64,000 nt of DNA. It comes from Chiloscyllium plagiosum (Eukaryota). Shown piece by piece: positions 50,107 through 62,619 of this stretch. The position numbers and the translations under genes were made by a program. Location of the stretch: positions 15,601,821 through 15,665,820 of the forward strand of contig NC_057750.1 of assembly GCF_004010195.1 (NCBI RefSeq). Reading direction: 5' to 3'. How positions within the stretch are numbered: the first letter of the stretch is position 1; each line of letters starts with the position of its first letter. The notes beneath the pieces were generated by a model. The model searched no databases. It had not been told where the DNA came from and saw nothing but the letters and a program-made list of their open reading frames with translations.

Positions 50107-51529
50107 TGATTTAGTAGAAGAGTTCAAATTTGTATCAGTATATATGAAGAAATTGTTCCTAATGTTTGGAAGCCAAGATTTGATATCAGAGTTGAGCTGT
50201 GGCTAATTTTGTTTATGAGCTAGTTGTTCGAGAACAAGTTACCTGAAAGGAGCATATTCAAAAGCAATTGTCCAAGAGAGTTAGAAATAACTCTGTTTAC
50301 ACACTTTAGTTTCTTAATCCTAGTCTCTCATTAACACAAATATATTAATCTGTTTTGAAATTTTCAATGGACCCCCAGCCTGAAAAGCTTTTCTGAGGGA
50401 GAGTTTTCCAGATTTCCACACCCCTTTGTGTGTAGAAGTGCCTCTTGATAGTACCCAGACATGGTCTGCTTCTTAGTTATAGGCTATGTCCCTTGTTCTG
50501 ACTTACCCTTGAGAGGAAATACTTATCCTCTGTATACCCTAGAAAATCCTTTAATAATTTTAAACTCCTCAATGAGATTTCCATAATGTTTATTTGCAGT
50601 TGAATATATGCCAAGTCTATGCAACCTCCCCTCATATTTTAACCCTTTAAATTTCAGTATAATTTTTCTTTTCTTTAGTTTCCCCTTAAACACACTGGCT
50701 ACAGGAGTAGGTCAGAGGCTGGGAATACTGTGGTGATTAACACACCTCCTGACTCCCCAAAACATGTCCACCACGTATAAGGCACAATCAGGAGTGTGTG
50801 ATGAAATACTCCCCACTTGTCTGGATGGGTGCTGCTCCAACAACACTCAAGAAGCTCAACACAATTCAGGACAAAGCAGCCCGCTTGATTGGCACTACAT
50901 CCACAAGCACCCAATCCCTCCACCAGTAACACTCAGTAGCAGCAGTGTGTACCCTCTACAGGATGCACTGCAGAAATTCACCAAAGATCGTTAGACAGCA
51001 CCTTCCAAATCCATGACTACTTCCATCTAGAAGGCCAGGGCATTCATGGGAACACCGTCTGCAAGTTCTCCTCCAACCCTCTCACCATCCTGACTTGGAA
51101 ATATATTGCCGTTCCTTCACTGTCGCTGGGTCAAAATCCTGGAATTCCCTCCATAACGGCATTGTGGGTCAACCTGCAGTTCTGCAGCGGATCAAGAAGG
51201 CATCTCACCACCACCTTCTCAAAGGCAATTAGGAGTGAGCAATAAATGCTGGCCAGCCAACCACGCTATGTCCCACAAATGAATTTTTAAAATTGCATTT
51301 ATACAATCCACCTCCACTACTCCTTGAAGTAGCAGGTTTTGCATGCTACTCACTTTGAATAAAGTAATAAGGAAGATTTGCATCTGTATAGCATCTTTCA
51401 CTACGTCAGATCTTTGCTGCAAGGAAGTACTTCTGAATTGTTGGATACTTACTGGAATAGATGTCGGCAATGAATGGGCAAAGCACAAAGGAAAGGATCT
51501 TTCAAAGAGCTGACAAAGGTATGATGGTC

Positions 51530-52720
51530 ACCCCCACCTGGTTCATGGGATGAAGGGTTTGTTTTATGAGATTAGGCAGGGTCAGATTTGAGTTTAGAAG
51601 ATTGAGAGGTGCCTTTATTGAAACCTAGAAGATCTTGAGAGACCAGAGTGGATGCTGAGAGAATGGTCCCCCTCATGGAGGAGTCTTTAAAGATTAGATT
51701 TTATTTTTCTATTTCAAAGGGTCACTTATCTGAATTTCTCTTCACCAGAGAGCACTGTATGCGGGGTCAGTGTATATTCTCGGCTGAGTTGGACAGAATT
51801 TTGATGGATGAGGGAGTGAGTGGTTATATGAGGGGAATGGCAGACAGGAAAGTGGATTTGAGACCACGATCAGAGCAGCCATGATGGTATTGAATGGTGG
51901 GCAGACATGAGGGTCTGAGTGGCCTTCTCCTGCTCCATTATCTTGTGTTTCTCTTCCGTGAGGAACTAAATGATCTTCTTCTGCAATGTGAGAGACCTTG
52001 ATTCCATTTATTGCTCAATCAACACTAAAAAATTGATTATCTGTTCATATATGTAATTACCAAGTGTGGAATTGTGCTATGTTTAAAATCACTGAAAACT
52101 GACAAGCAGATGCGGCATGCAATGAAGAAAACATTTGGTATGTTGGTCATTTTTGCAAGAGGACTTGAGTACAGGAGTAAAGATGTTGTGCTCCAATTGA
52201 ATAGAAGATTGTGAGACCAAACCTGGAGTATTGTGGGCACGTTCTAGTCCCCTTGCTTAAGAAAAGGTATAGAGCAGTGGATATTCATTATACCGATCCC
52301 TGTGATGACTGGGACTGTTCCGTGAGGACATATTGATGAGATTGGGCTTGTATTCTCAAGAGGTTTGAAGAATGAGAGATGATTGCATTTGAGAAGAAAT
52401 AATTCTTACATGGCTTGACAGAGTAGATCCAGAAGGATACTTTCCCTGCTGGGCATGGGCGAGGTCTAGAATCAGGGGCACAGTCTTAGAATGAAGGGCA
52501 GGTCATTTATGACTGAGATGGTGAAGAATTTATTCATTAGAGGGTAGTAAGTTTGGGGAATAGAAGCTCAGTCATTGAGTATGTTCAAGACAGAGCTCGA
52601 CAGATTTCTAGATACTGATGATGTCAAGGGATTTCCGATAGAGTGGGAAAATGATCAGCTGTGACCTAAAATAGTGGAGCAAATCGAGGGGATGAATGGC
52701 CTCCTCCTGCTCCTATTGTT
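51530..52720 (+). mobile_element. Two CR1 3' fragments in tandem
   Basis: EFRRLRGALIE-type and GLEYRSKDVVLQL-type remnants, each followed by a CR1 tail. Confidence 0.65.
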
Positions 52721-53058
52721 CATTGATCAGGAAATCAATAGTCCTTAGGATGCGTGATTTGATACCCAGAGCAATATTTAAAATTTGCTGAGTTTTAAAT
52801 ATCCTTAATCAACTTGTTACTCATTTTCCAACACGTGTCTGGCCCAGGTGGGACTTGAACCCAGATCTTCTGGCCTAGAGCTAGGGATGCTACCACTATG
52901 CCACAGGAGGCCTGCTGTTGAATCTTTCCTGCCCTCAAAAGAACGAGCGAGCCACTCAAGCATGGTTGCTTCAGAAAAGTTGACAAGGTACAATTAGGGA
53001 AGGAACTTAAATGCTGGGCTCACCAGCAACGCTTAAATCCCAAGAACAAATGTGCATA

Positions 53059-53265
53059 TGGCCGGTATCCCATCACCAAGTCACCCTTTATTTACATGTG
53101 CACAATACATGGACTCTGACCAGCTAGCTCAGAGCCAGTCCCTAGAGTAAGGAGACACTCTGAATCTCCTGTTAGCCAGGGTTCCCTAATTGGACCACGT
53201 TAGCAGCCCTAATCAGGGATCTCATAGTCAATGAGATCCACCTGTCCCTCGCTCCAATCACTACA
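53059..53265 (-). mobile_element. Probable solo LTR fragment
   Basis: The minus strand begins TGTAGTGATTGG and has AATAAA near its end. The terminal CA and TSD are not clear. Confidence 0.4.
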
Positions 53266-54344
53266 ATGTGTCTCGTAACAGTGAGCCTAGATATAGATTT
53301 GGAATATTGGGTTTAAAAGAGGATAAGCACCACTGTCAGAAACTGTTGCAATTTGACCTCAGCCTTTCGTTCAGTTTTTTGCTTCACCTGGAAATTGAAA
53401 ACATTTCTGTCCCTGAGATTCACGAACACCACACAGGTACTGCAAAGTTGCTCCGACAACACCTTCCAAACCCACGACCACTTCCTTCTAGAAGAACAAG
53501 GGCAGTAGATACATGAGAACCCACCACCTTCACGTTCCCCTTCAAATAACACACCATCCTGGCTTGGAAATATATTGTGTTCCTTCAGTGCCACTGGGTC
53601 AGAAACCTGGAACTCTTTCCTGAACAGCACCACAAGGGCTGCAGCAGTTCAAGAAGACAGTAGACTACCACTTTCTCCAGGGCAGTTGGAAATGGGACAA
53701 TAAATGGTGGCCCAGCCAGTGATGCCAACATCCCATGAACAAATTAAAGGTTGCTGATGGTGTGAATGGTGGCAGCGAGGGCAATGGGGTATTGGGAATC
53801 TTGGATGAAGTAGCACCAATGACATTGATCGATTGGGAAGTCACACAGGAAAGGCTAAATATGATAGAGAATGATCTGTATGATTGGGTGAAATGAGCAG
53901 AAAATAAAAGTGGCAATTTAATAATTACCCCATCAGAAAATTCAAAATCTGATAACCTGAGACTCCAGACTTGTAATGTTTGATTTCTACAGAAGTTGGT
54001 TATTGTTAAACACATTTATCACATTGTTAAAAGGAAAATCCCATTTGTTACAACATTTCTTGGCTTTCTGCAGTGAATGCAATAGTTAAAGCTAATGGCG
54101 GTCTGTGAATATCCATGTTCACATGTTGTCCTGTTTATCTGCTGTACGAGTATACATGTCCCAGAGGTGCAAGAGTACCTGTAACTGCAATGCAGATATA
54201 CCTGTCCCTGTGATGGAGGTGTATCCTGTCCCTCTGGTTGAGATGTACTTACGCATATAGTGGAGGTATACCTATCCGTGTGGTGGAGATACTCCTTTCC
54301 CTGGTGAAGGTGTACCTGTCTCTCCGGTGGAGATGCATCTAGAA

Positions 54345-54538
54345 TAGAGTCACAGAATCCCAACTGTGTGGAAGCAGGCTGTTTGGACCATCGAATCCAC
54401 TCAACCCTCCAAAGACCATCCACCCAGACCCACACCCTGTAACCCTGGCTAATCCACACAGTCACCCGAGGCTGGAATCAAATGCGCGTCCCTGGCGCTG
54501 TGATGCAGCAGTGCTAACAACTGAGACACATGCTGCCC
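54345..54538 (-). mobile_element. HE1-type SINE with internal deletion
   Basis: The head and CR1-like tail are present; the V domain is mostly missing. Confidence 0.7.
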
Positions 54539-54739
54539 CATGCATATCCCTTGTGTATCTGTAAAAAAGTCCAAAACAACTGTGGTTGCTGGAAGTCAGA
54601 ATCAAAAACAGAAATTTCTGGAAAAACTCAGCAGGCCTGGCAGCATCTGTGGAGAGAAGTCACAGTTAAATTTCGGGTCCAGTGACTCTTCTTCAGAACT
54701 GGTGTACCTGTCCCTAGTGAAGGTATACCTGTCTCTTTC

Positions 54740-55378
54740 AAGGAGCTATGCACCTGCACCCCTAAGTCTCTTTTTTTGGCAGTATTCCAAGGGCCCTACC
54801 ATTAACTCTATAAGTCCTGCCTGATATGCTTTACTGAAATATGGCACCTCACATTATCTAAAATAATCTCATCTGCCACTCTGTAGTCCATTGGTCCACC
54901 TGATCAAGATCCTGTTGTACTCTGAGATAATCTTCTTCACTGTCCACTACACCACTAATTTTGGTGTTATCTGCAAACATATTAACCATTCCTTCTATAT
55001 TCACATCTAAATCATTTATATAAATGACAAAAAGCATTGGACCTAGCAGCGATCCTTGTAGCACACCTCTGGTCACAGGCCTCCAGTCTAAAAAACAACC
55101 CTCCATCACCACCCTCTGCCTTTTACCATAAAGCCAATTCTGTATCTAACTGGCTCACTTCCCCTGGATTCCATGTCATCTAACCTTGCTAACTAATCTA
55201 CCATGTGGAACCTTGTCAAATGTCTTGCTGAAGTCCGTAGAAACAACGTCTACTGCTTTGCCTTCATCAATGTTCTTTGTCACTTCTTCAAAAAAACTCA
55301 ATCAAGTTAGTGAGACATGATTTCCCACACACAAAGCCATGTTGACTATCCCTAATTACTCCTTGCCTTTCCAAATGC
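54740..55378 (-). mobile_element. CR1 LINE RT fragment
   Basis: RGVLQGSLLGPMLFVIYINDLD...FADNTKISGVVDSEEDYLRVQQDLDQ. Confidence 0.9.
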
Positions 55379-55600
55379 TGTACGGGATGTGGTCTGTTCA
55401 TGAAGTTTGGAGTCCCATCTGCTTTATCAACCTCCTCTCAATCCCTTCTGCCATCAAGGACCCACAATGGCTATGGAGTAGGACACTCCAGCCAGAGTAC
55501 TCATTTATTTCTCATTTCCTTCATTTTTTCCTCCCTTTTTTGTTTTTTTTTCTTGGTGTTGATCTCTCACTGGCTTGTGTCAGGTCTTGCCCTGACCTTG

Positions 55601-55968
55601 CAGCAGGTCTCGGCCTGATCTCTCAGCAGGTCTCGGCCTGGTCTCTCAGCAGGTCTCAGCCTGGTCTCTCAGCAGGTCTTGGCCTGGTCTCTCAGCAGGT
55701 CTCGGCCTGATCTCTCAACAGGTCACGGCCTGATCTCTCAGCAGGTCTCGGCCTTATCTCTCAGCAGGTCACGGCCTGGTCTCTCAGCATATCTCGGCCT
55801 GATCTCTCAGCAGGTCACAGCCTGATCTCTCAGCAGGTCACGGCCTGGTCTCTCAGCAGGTCACGGCCTGATCTCTCAGCAGGTCTCGGCCTTATCTCTC
55901 AGCAGGTCTTGGCCTGGTCTCTCAGCAGGTCACGGCCTGATCTCTCAGCAGGTCACGGCCTGATCTCT
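55601..55968 (+). repeat. 23-bp minisatellite, 16 indel-free copies
   Basis: CAGCAGGTC(T/A)CGGCCTG(A/G)TCTCT at an exact 23-bp period. Confidence 0.95.
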
Positions 55969-56534
55969 CAGTGGTCTCTCGGCCCAATTTCTTGGTGGCT
56001 TGTGGTGTTTTCTCAGCATGGTGTGTGAGTGGGTCCTGCCCAGGTATGTTCCTGAGGCGCTGGGGCAGGTCAGAGAAGCGGCATCTTCAGCAGCGATGGC
56101 ATCATTGCCCAACCTGAGAAGAATGAGCAGTGGGACCTGGTATCTGTGGTGATATCAAGAACAGGCAGCTAAGGTATCCCAGAGAGCAAGATAAATGAAG
56201 GATTCATCAAAGACTGTTGAACTTTTAACTTATTCCTTTATTCTCCTAGTTTAAATTAAGAAAACTCTTGATATTACTTATTACATTTTTTTTTCTACTT
56301 ATTCTATGAAATAATGTTTAACTTTATAACTCTGCTTCACTTACTACTTTATACCTTAGTTTCTGTGCCTAGTTTCCTCGGTACCTATGATGGCACCTGT
56401 GACATTATACACTTTTCACAGTACTCCTGTATTTGTGTACTTGATATAGCAATAAAATCTAAAATCTAATTCTCTCCTGCCATCTTCAAGGCTTTCTGGA
56501 CATACAGCCCTCTTCCACACTCCCTCCCCCTGCA

Positions 56535-57155
56535 TCTGTGGTGGAGGTATGCATGTCCTTGTGATAGAGGTGTAAATGTCTGTGTGTTGGAAGTGTACAC
56601 ATCCTTTTGGTTGAGTTATACACATCCTTGTGATGGAGCTGTACGTGTACTTGTGACGGATTTGTACATGTCTTTGTGGTGGAGGTGGGCATGTTGTTGT
56701 GATAGAAGTGTGCACATCTTTGTGATAGGGGTCTACATATCCTTGTGATGGATGTGTACACATCTTTGTGGTGGAGGTGTCCATGTCCTTGTCATAGAGG
56801 TGTATGTAGATTGTGCTGGAGGTGTACATGTCTTTGTGATGGACATGCACATGTCTTTATAATGGATGTGTACTTGTCTTTATCATGGACATGTACATGT
56901 CTTTGTGATGGAGGTGTGTATGTCTTTGTGTTGTGTACATGTCTTGTAACATTGTAGAGGTGTACATATCCTCCTTGTGGTGGTAGCGTAGACACTCCTT
57001 TGTTGAAGTCAGACAGGGCCCACTTCTGGAGTCACACCTGGAGTGTATCAGTCCATTTGATAGTGATGTAAAGTACTTGCAATGAACGTGAAGAGGGTCA
57101 GGTGACGAAGGGGCATGGAGCTGTATTGTAGAGATGCACCAGGTCCTGTGATGGA
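56535..57155 (+). repeat. ~22-23 bp degenerate minisatellite; also present at 54150-54340 and 54700-54735
   Basis: GTGATGGAGGTGTACATGTCCTT-like units. Confidence 0.85.
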
Positions 57156-57387
57156 GGGATGCAGCTAGAAGTCTGCGACACAGCAGTCGAAGAATCAAGA
57201 CCCCATAGTGAAGAAAATGAAGAACTCCTGGGCTCTGTGCTGGTCTGCAGCTCAGCCTTTGACTGTGGGCTGCTGTCAGTGCACAATCCAACACACTCAA
57301 AAAATACCAAATATTTCTGAGTGGGCAGCAGAGTTTGCTACAGTGAATTGCTGCTTTGTGTTCGAACCTTTCTGTTGAAGTGAAAGT

Positions 57388-57512
57388 TTTAAATAGCAAG
57401 GGATTTATAAGGAAGTAAATCTGTTCTTGTTACTCATTCGGGCACAGAATTCTCTCAGGGCAACTCAGCCACTCTGGGAATTGGTGGGGCGGATTGGAAG
57501 TTGCTGACGTTG
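57388..57512 (-). promoter_or_regulatory. Candidate Pol II promoter
   Basis: TGACGT, CCAAT (ATTGG on +) and GC box GGGGCGG lie within ~27 bp (57486-57512). TATAAA on the minus strand is ~80 bp downstream (57404-57409). Confidence 0.3.
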
Positions 57513-57874
57513 GCTTGGTGGAATGTGAGGAGTGTTTGATTCACCCTCGCTATGCTATTGTTTATGTAGAGACGAGAGAGAATGCAACATTAGAAAATAA
57601 CAAATGCAATTCTGAGGGAAAGAACTGGTTTGAGGAACCCAGAGGACAGGCACTAGAGGACACTGGCTGTTATATTTTCATTCCTTCTTGGAATTTGGGC
57701 ATTGTTGGAAAAATCAACATTTATTGCTCAACCCCAATTACCCTCAATCTGAGTGGGGCTTTGCTAGGACCATTTCAGACGGCAATTTAAGTCAAACATT
57801 TTGCCAGATCAGATAAGGAATGTGTTTCCTGCATGCCTTTAAAACAGAGATGCGAAAACAACTTTTTCTCTCAA

Positions 57875-59620
57875 AGTCATGGAGTCACACAACATGGAAA
57901 CAAACCCTTCGGTCCACCCAGTCCATGCCAACCATGTTCCTAAATTAAACTAGTCCCACCTGTCTGCATTTGACTCATATCCCTCCATACCTTTCCTATT
58001 CATCAACTTATCCAAATATCTTTATAACTGTACCTGCATCCACTACTTTCTCTGGCAGTTCATTCCACACACGAACCAATCTCAGTGTGAAATAAATTGC
58101 CCTTCATGTCCTTTTTAAATCTTGCTCCTCTCACCTTGAAATTATGCCCCTGAGTTTTGAACACCCCCATTCGAAGGAGAAGACCCTTGTCATTCACCTT
58201 ATCTGTGCCCTTCATGATTTAATAAACCTCAATAAGGTCACCCCTTAACCTCCTACACTTCAGTGAAAAAAGTCCCAGCCTTTCCAGTCTATTGTTATAA
58301 CTCATTCCCAGCAAAATCCTGATAAATATTTTCTGGACCCTTTCCAGTTTAATAATATCCTTCCTGACCAGAACTGCACACAGTATTCCATAAGGGGCCT
58401 CACCAATGTCCTGTAAAACACCAACATGATGTCCCAACTTCTATAACCAATGAATTGAGGAACTGGAAAAGATGCAAAACCTGCCAGCACATCACCCCCC
58501 TCATGTCGATCCAGGTGAAAAGAGGTTCTTCTGCCTCTCCTCCAGCCTATCTTACTGCATCAAGTGCTCCTGATGTGGTCTTCTCTATATCGAGGAGGCC
58601 AAACATAAACTCAGGACACATTTCGCTGAGCATCTCAGGCGGGCCTGGAGGGGCTAACCTGACTTCCCAGTCATTGCCCATTTTAATTCCCCTTCCCACT
58701 CCCTTTCCGACATGACCATCTTTGGCCTCCTCCATTGCCGCAATGAATCAGACCGCAAATTGAAGGAACAACACCTCATCTTCCGCCTGGGCAGCCTACA
58801 GCCTGGAGGACTCAACATTGAGTTCTCCAATTTCAAATAGCCTCCCTTCGCATCACCTAACTCCCTTCCCAGCCCCTCCACCCCCTTCTATTCCTCTCAT
58901 TGATCCTTCCTTCTAGCCACCAACTGGATCCATTCCTCCCATTGACCAACTAGGTCATACCGTCTACATGCCTTCATCTATCCCCACTTCAGCACCCTTC
59001 CCTCCCACCCCCTTTATCTGCAGCTCCCTTTCCACCCATCCCCAGTCTTGAAGAAGGGTTACACCCAAAACGTTTACTTCTACACCTCCTATTGCTGCCT
59101 GGCTTGCTGTGTTCTTCCAGCTTCCAGCTCACCTACCTTGGATTCCAGCATCTGCAGTTTTTATTGTCTCTAACCTTCTTAAACACCTATCTACCTGTGA
59201 CGTAAATTTCAAAGCATTATGTACCTGAACCCCTTAGTGTCTCTATTCTACAACACTACCCAGACCCCAACCATCAATAAGATAGGCCCTGTCCTTGTTC
59301 GTTTTACTAAAATGCAATACCTCACATTTATCCAAATTAAACACCATCTGCCACTCCTCAGCCCCTTGACCCAATTGATAAAGATCTCTTTGTAATCTTA
59401 AGTAACCCTCTTCACTTCTCCACCATTTTTGGTGTCATCTGCAAACTTACTACCATGCCTTTTGTATTCTCATCCAAATCGTTTATACAAATGCCAAACA
59501 AAAGTGGATCCACCGGCAATTCCTGTGAAACTCCACTGGTCACAGGGCTCCAGTCTGAAAAACAACCTTCCACCGCTGTCCTCTCTCTACTTCCATAAAA
59601 CCAACTTTGTATCCAATTGG
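57875..59620 (-). mobile_element. CR1 LINE RT/3' end interrupted by a Penelope fragment
   Basis: RTLVRPLMEYCVQFW and LERLGLFSLKCRRLRGDLIEVY. The RT resumes after 59175. Confidence 0.85.
58455..59172 (+). mobile_element. Penelope-like GIY-YIG remnant and 3' terminus
   Basis: KRCKTCQHI, RKLKEQHLIFRLGSLQPGGLNIEF*, then TTGAAGAAGGGTTACACCCAAAACGT. Confidence 0.8.
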
Positions 59621-60714
59621 CAAGGATTGAGAGTCTTTGAAATTCACTTCCTCAAAAGGCAGTGGGTGCAGAATCTTTAAATGTCTTTAAGACAGAAATT
59701 GGTAGATTCTTAATTACCAAGGGGATGAAAGATTATCAGGGCTATACAGGAATGTGAAATCGAGGTTAAAATCATACGAGCCATGACCTTAGTGAATGGG
59801 ATGCAAGAGTCAAAGGGCCAAATGGCCTGCTCCTGTTCTTGGTTCTTATATTCATACTCTTTATTTGATGGTTTTGAATGCGCTGATCATATTCTGACAG
59901 AGTGTTGAGTTCCCATAGTGACTTGGCCAACCCTACAATGGAGAACAGGATCCTGTCCAGCACATTGCATTTGGAAACAATGATTGGAACCTGTTTGTTT
60001 ACAAGTAAACGGTGAAGACTGAGTGAAATGTTTCTCTTTCTAATCACAAGGTGTTTTCTTAGGGTAACTGGTGAGAAACTGTTCCCCCTGGCTGAAGGGC
60101 AGTAATTGGGTTTCACAGGTTGGCAAAGGAACCAGAGGGAGGGCAAGGGGAAAGTTGATCCCTCTATGAATTGTTGTGATGTGGAATGTGCTGCCTGGAA
60201 GGACAATAAATGCAGATTCAGTCATAATTTCCAAATATCAACTGAGGAAATGCTTGAAGGAGAGGGAGTTATAGGAATCCTGAAGGAAAGGCTGGGGGAA
60301 TGAAGGGAAATGGATGGTTCTTTCAAAAAGCTGATATAGGCACAATGGGCTCTTCCTGTGCTGTACTTTATGATGAAATTCTAATTATTAAATCCTTCAC
60401 TTTCTCCACACCTCAGTCTTCTTCTTTTCGAGTTCACTACCTGATGGAAGGTCTGGCCCATAGTGTAATGACCTCCATCATGGGTAGGGCAAGGAGGCTG
60501 ATCCCAAATTCACCCCCATCGGATGGCAGAATCAAACCCTGTGCTAATGCAAACCAACTATCCAGCCAACTGCCCCCTTATCTCCATGATATCCATGACC
60601 TCGGTTGAATGTGGACCAGTGGATTATTTGTCCAGTGATTTTAACACACACCATCTCCGCTGAAGTTGCCCCAACCTACTTGTTGCAGATACATCACCAG
60701 AAAAATGTCGGTGT

Positions 60715-61214
60715 NNNNNNNNNNNNNNNNNNNNNNNNNNNNNNNNNNNNNNNNNNNNNNNNNNNNNNNNNNNNNNNNNNNNNNNNNNNNNNNNNNNNNN
60801 NNNNNNNNNNNNNNNNNNNNNNNNNNNNNNNNNNNNNNNNNNNNNNNNNNNNNNNNNNNNNNNNNNNNNNNNNNNNNNNNNNNNNNNNNNNNNNNNNNNN
60901 NNNNNNNNNNNNNNNNNNNNNNNNNNNNNNNNNNNNNNNNNNNNNNNNNNNNNNNNNNNNNNNNNNNNNNNNNNNNNNNNNNNNNNNNNNNNNNNNNNNN
61001 NNNNNNNNNNNNNNNNNNNNNNNNNNNNNNNNNNNNNNNNNNNNNNNNNNNNNNNNNNNNNNNNNNNNNNNNNNNNNNNNNNNNNNNNNNNNNNNNNNNN
61101 NNNNNNNNNNNNNNNNNNNNNNNNNNNNNNNNNNNNNNNNNNNNNNNNNNNNNNNNNNNNNNNNNNNNNNNNNNNNNNNNNNNNNNNNNNNNNNNNNNNN
61201 NNNNNNNNNNNNNN
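60715..61214. other. Assembly gap (500 N)
   Basis: N run. Confidence 1.
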
Positions 61215-61844
61215 AAGAGATGTTTTTCAGGTGAGAATAGAGAGAAATATGGAACCAAGGCAAGTGAACAGATTTAAAGTACAAATCAGCTAATTGAATG
61301 ATAGAGCCAGCTTGAGTTCTGAATGGTCACCTCCTGTTGCTGTTTCCTCGTCTCCACCCACTCACCATTAATTTTTAGTCATGGTTGAGAAAGAGTGTTT
61401 GTTAGTTTGTCTGTGACTGGAGAATGAGTTCTGGAAATTTTCTGCTTTTCAGATTCAAAAGGAGGCACTTCATGAGGAGGTAACGCCATTTCTATGAACT
61501 AAAGAGGGGTAATCATAGCAACCTCACCTCAGCCTAAAGCATACATGGAGCCAGTGGTCCAGGGCAGAGTAACCAAGGTAACGTTGACTGCACAATCTGT
61601 CCAATCCCATCTTTCTTCTATCAGTCTCCTGGTGCTAGTTGAATGTCGCTGCTATCCTGGGTGCCAGCTATCAGACTATTTCTGTTACCCTGATGACTGG
61701 GCACACCCACTCAGACTTGGGGTGAGAAGATTCTACGCTTTTGCCTTTTTCTTTAGCAGTGTCAGTGCCTTAAGAAAATAAGTTTAATTGGAAGAGAAAT
61801 CTGTTATTGGACTTCAGCAACCTCACTTAACCACTGCAAAACTC

Positions 61845-62135
61845 ACACCCAGCATCTCCTCACTCTAAATATCTCCCTATCCCAGTAACTGCATTTCCAA
61901 TGGCTAATCCACTTAGCCTGTACATCCCTGAACACTATGGGCAATTTCCAGTGGCCAGTCCACTTAACCTGCACATTTTTGGATGGTAGAAGGAAACTGG
62001 AGCACCTGGAGGAAAGCCTCGCAGACACAGGGAGACTGTGCAAACTCCACACAGATAGTTGCCCGAGAGTGGAATCAAACCTGGGTCCCTGGGCCTGTAA
62101 GGTAGCAGTGCTAACCATTGAGTCACCATGCCATG
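61845..62135 (-). mobile_element. HE1-type V-SINE
   Basis: Reverse-complement head and V domain. Confidence 0.8.
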
Positions 62136-62619
62136 TTAATCTGATTAATTCTTTTTGTAACCTTTTTCTTGAGATTTGAACATTCCTGATAACGAATTGC
62201 ACAGCGTGAGTTGCTCTCAGATGGAGGAGCACAGTGAGATGAATGTCCTCCCATAGTGCTGTTAGGTTTTGACGCAGTACCTTCACGTATGGTTGGTGTG
62301 TTTGACCTGAAGCTTGATGGTGTCTCCTTGGCACCTATCCACCCACCCTTATTATAATGGCCTCAAGTGTATGCCACAACTCAGTTTCCTTTTGTTTTTA
62401 AATGTTTCCAGACTCATTCATTTAGCGTTAACCATAGCCCCCATCCCTCTATGGGGGAGATGTAGTATAGTGGTAATCTCACTGGATTGCCAATCCAGGG
62501 CCTAGGCTAATGCTTCATGGACACAGGTCCAAATCCCACCGGGGCACCTGGTGTGACTTAAATTCAGCCAGTAAACCTGGAATTGGAAGCCAGTGACTGT
62601 GCAACTATCATTGATTGAC

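Noticed and set aside
53735..53920. Short plus-strand coding-looking segment
   Set aside because: It resembles a decayed CR1 RT (IENDLYDWVK*) and has an in-frame stop.
56416..57399. 144-aa and 180-aa ORFs
   Set aside because: The first is minisatellite-derived. The second lacks an ATG start and any homology cue, and runs into the array.
60605..61284. ORFs spanning the second gap
   Set aside because: Artefacts of the N run.
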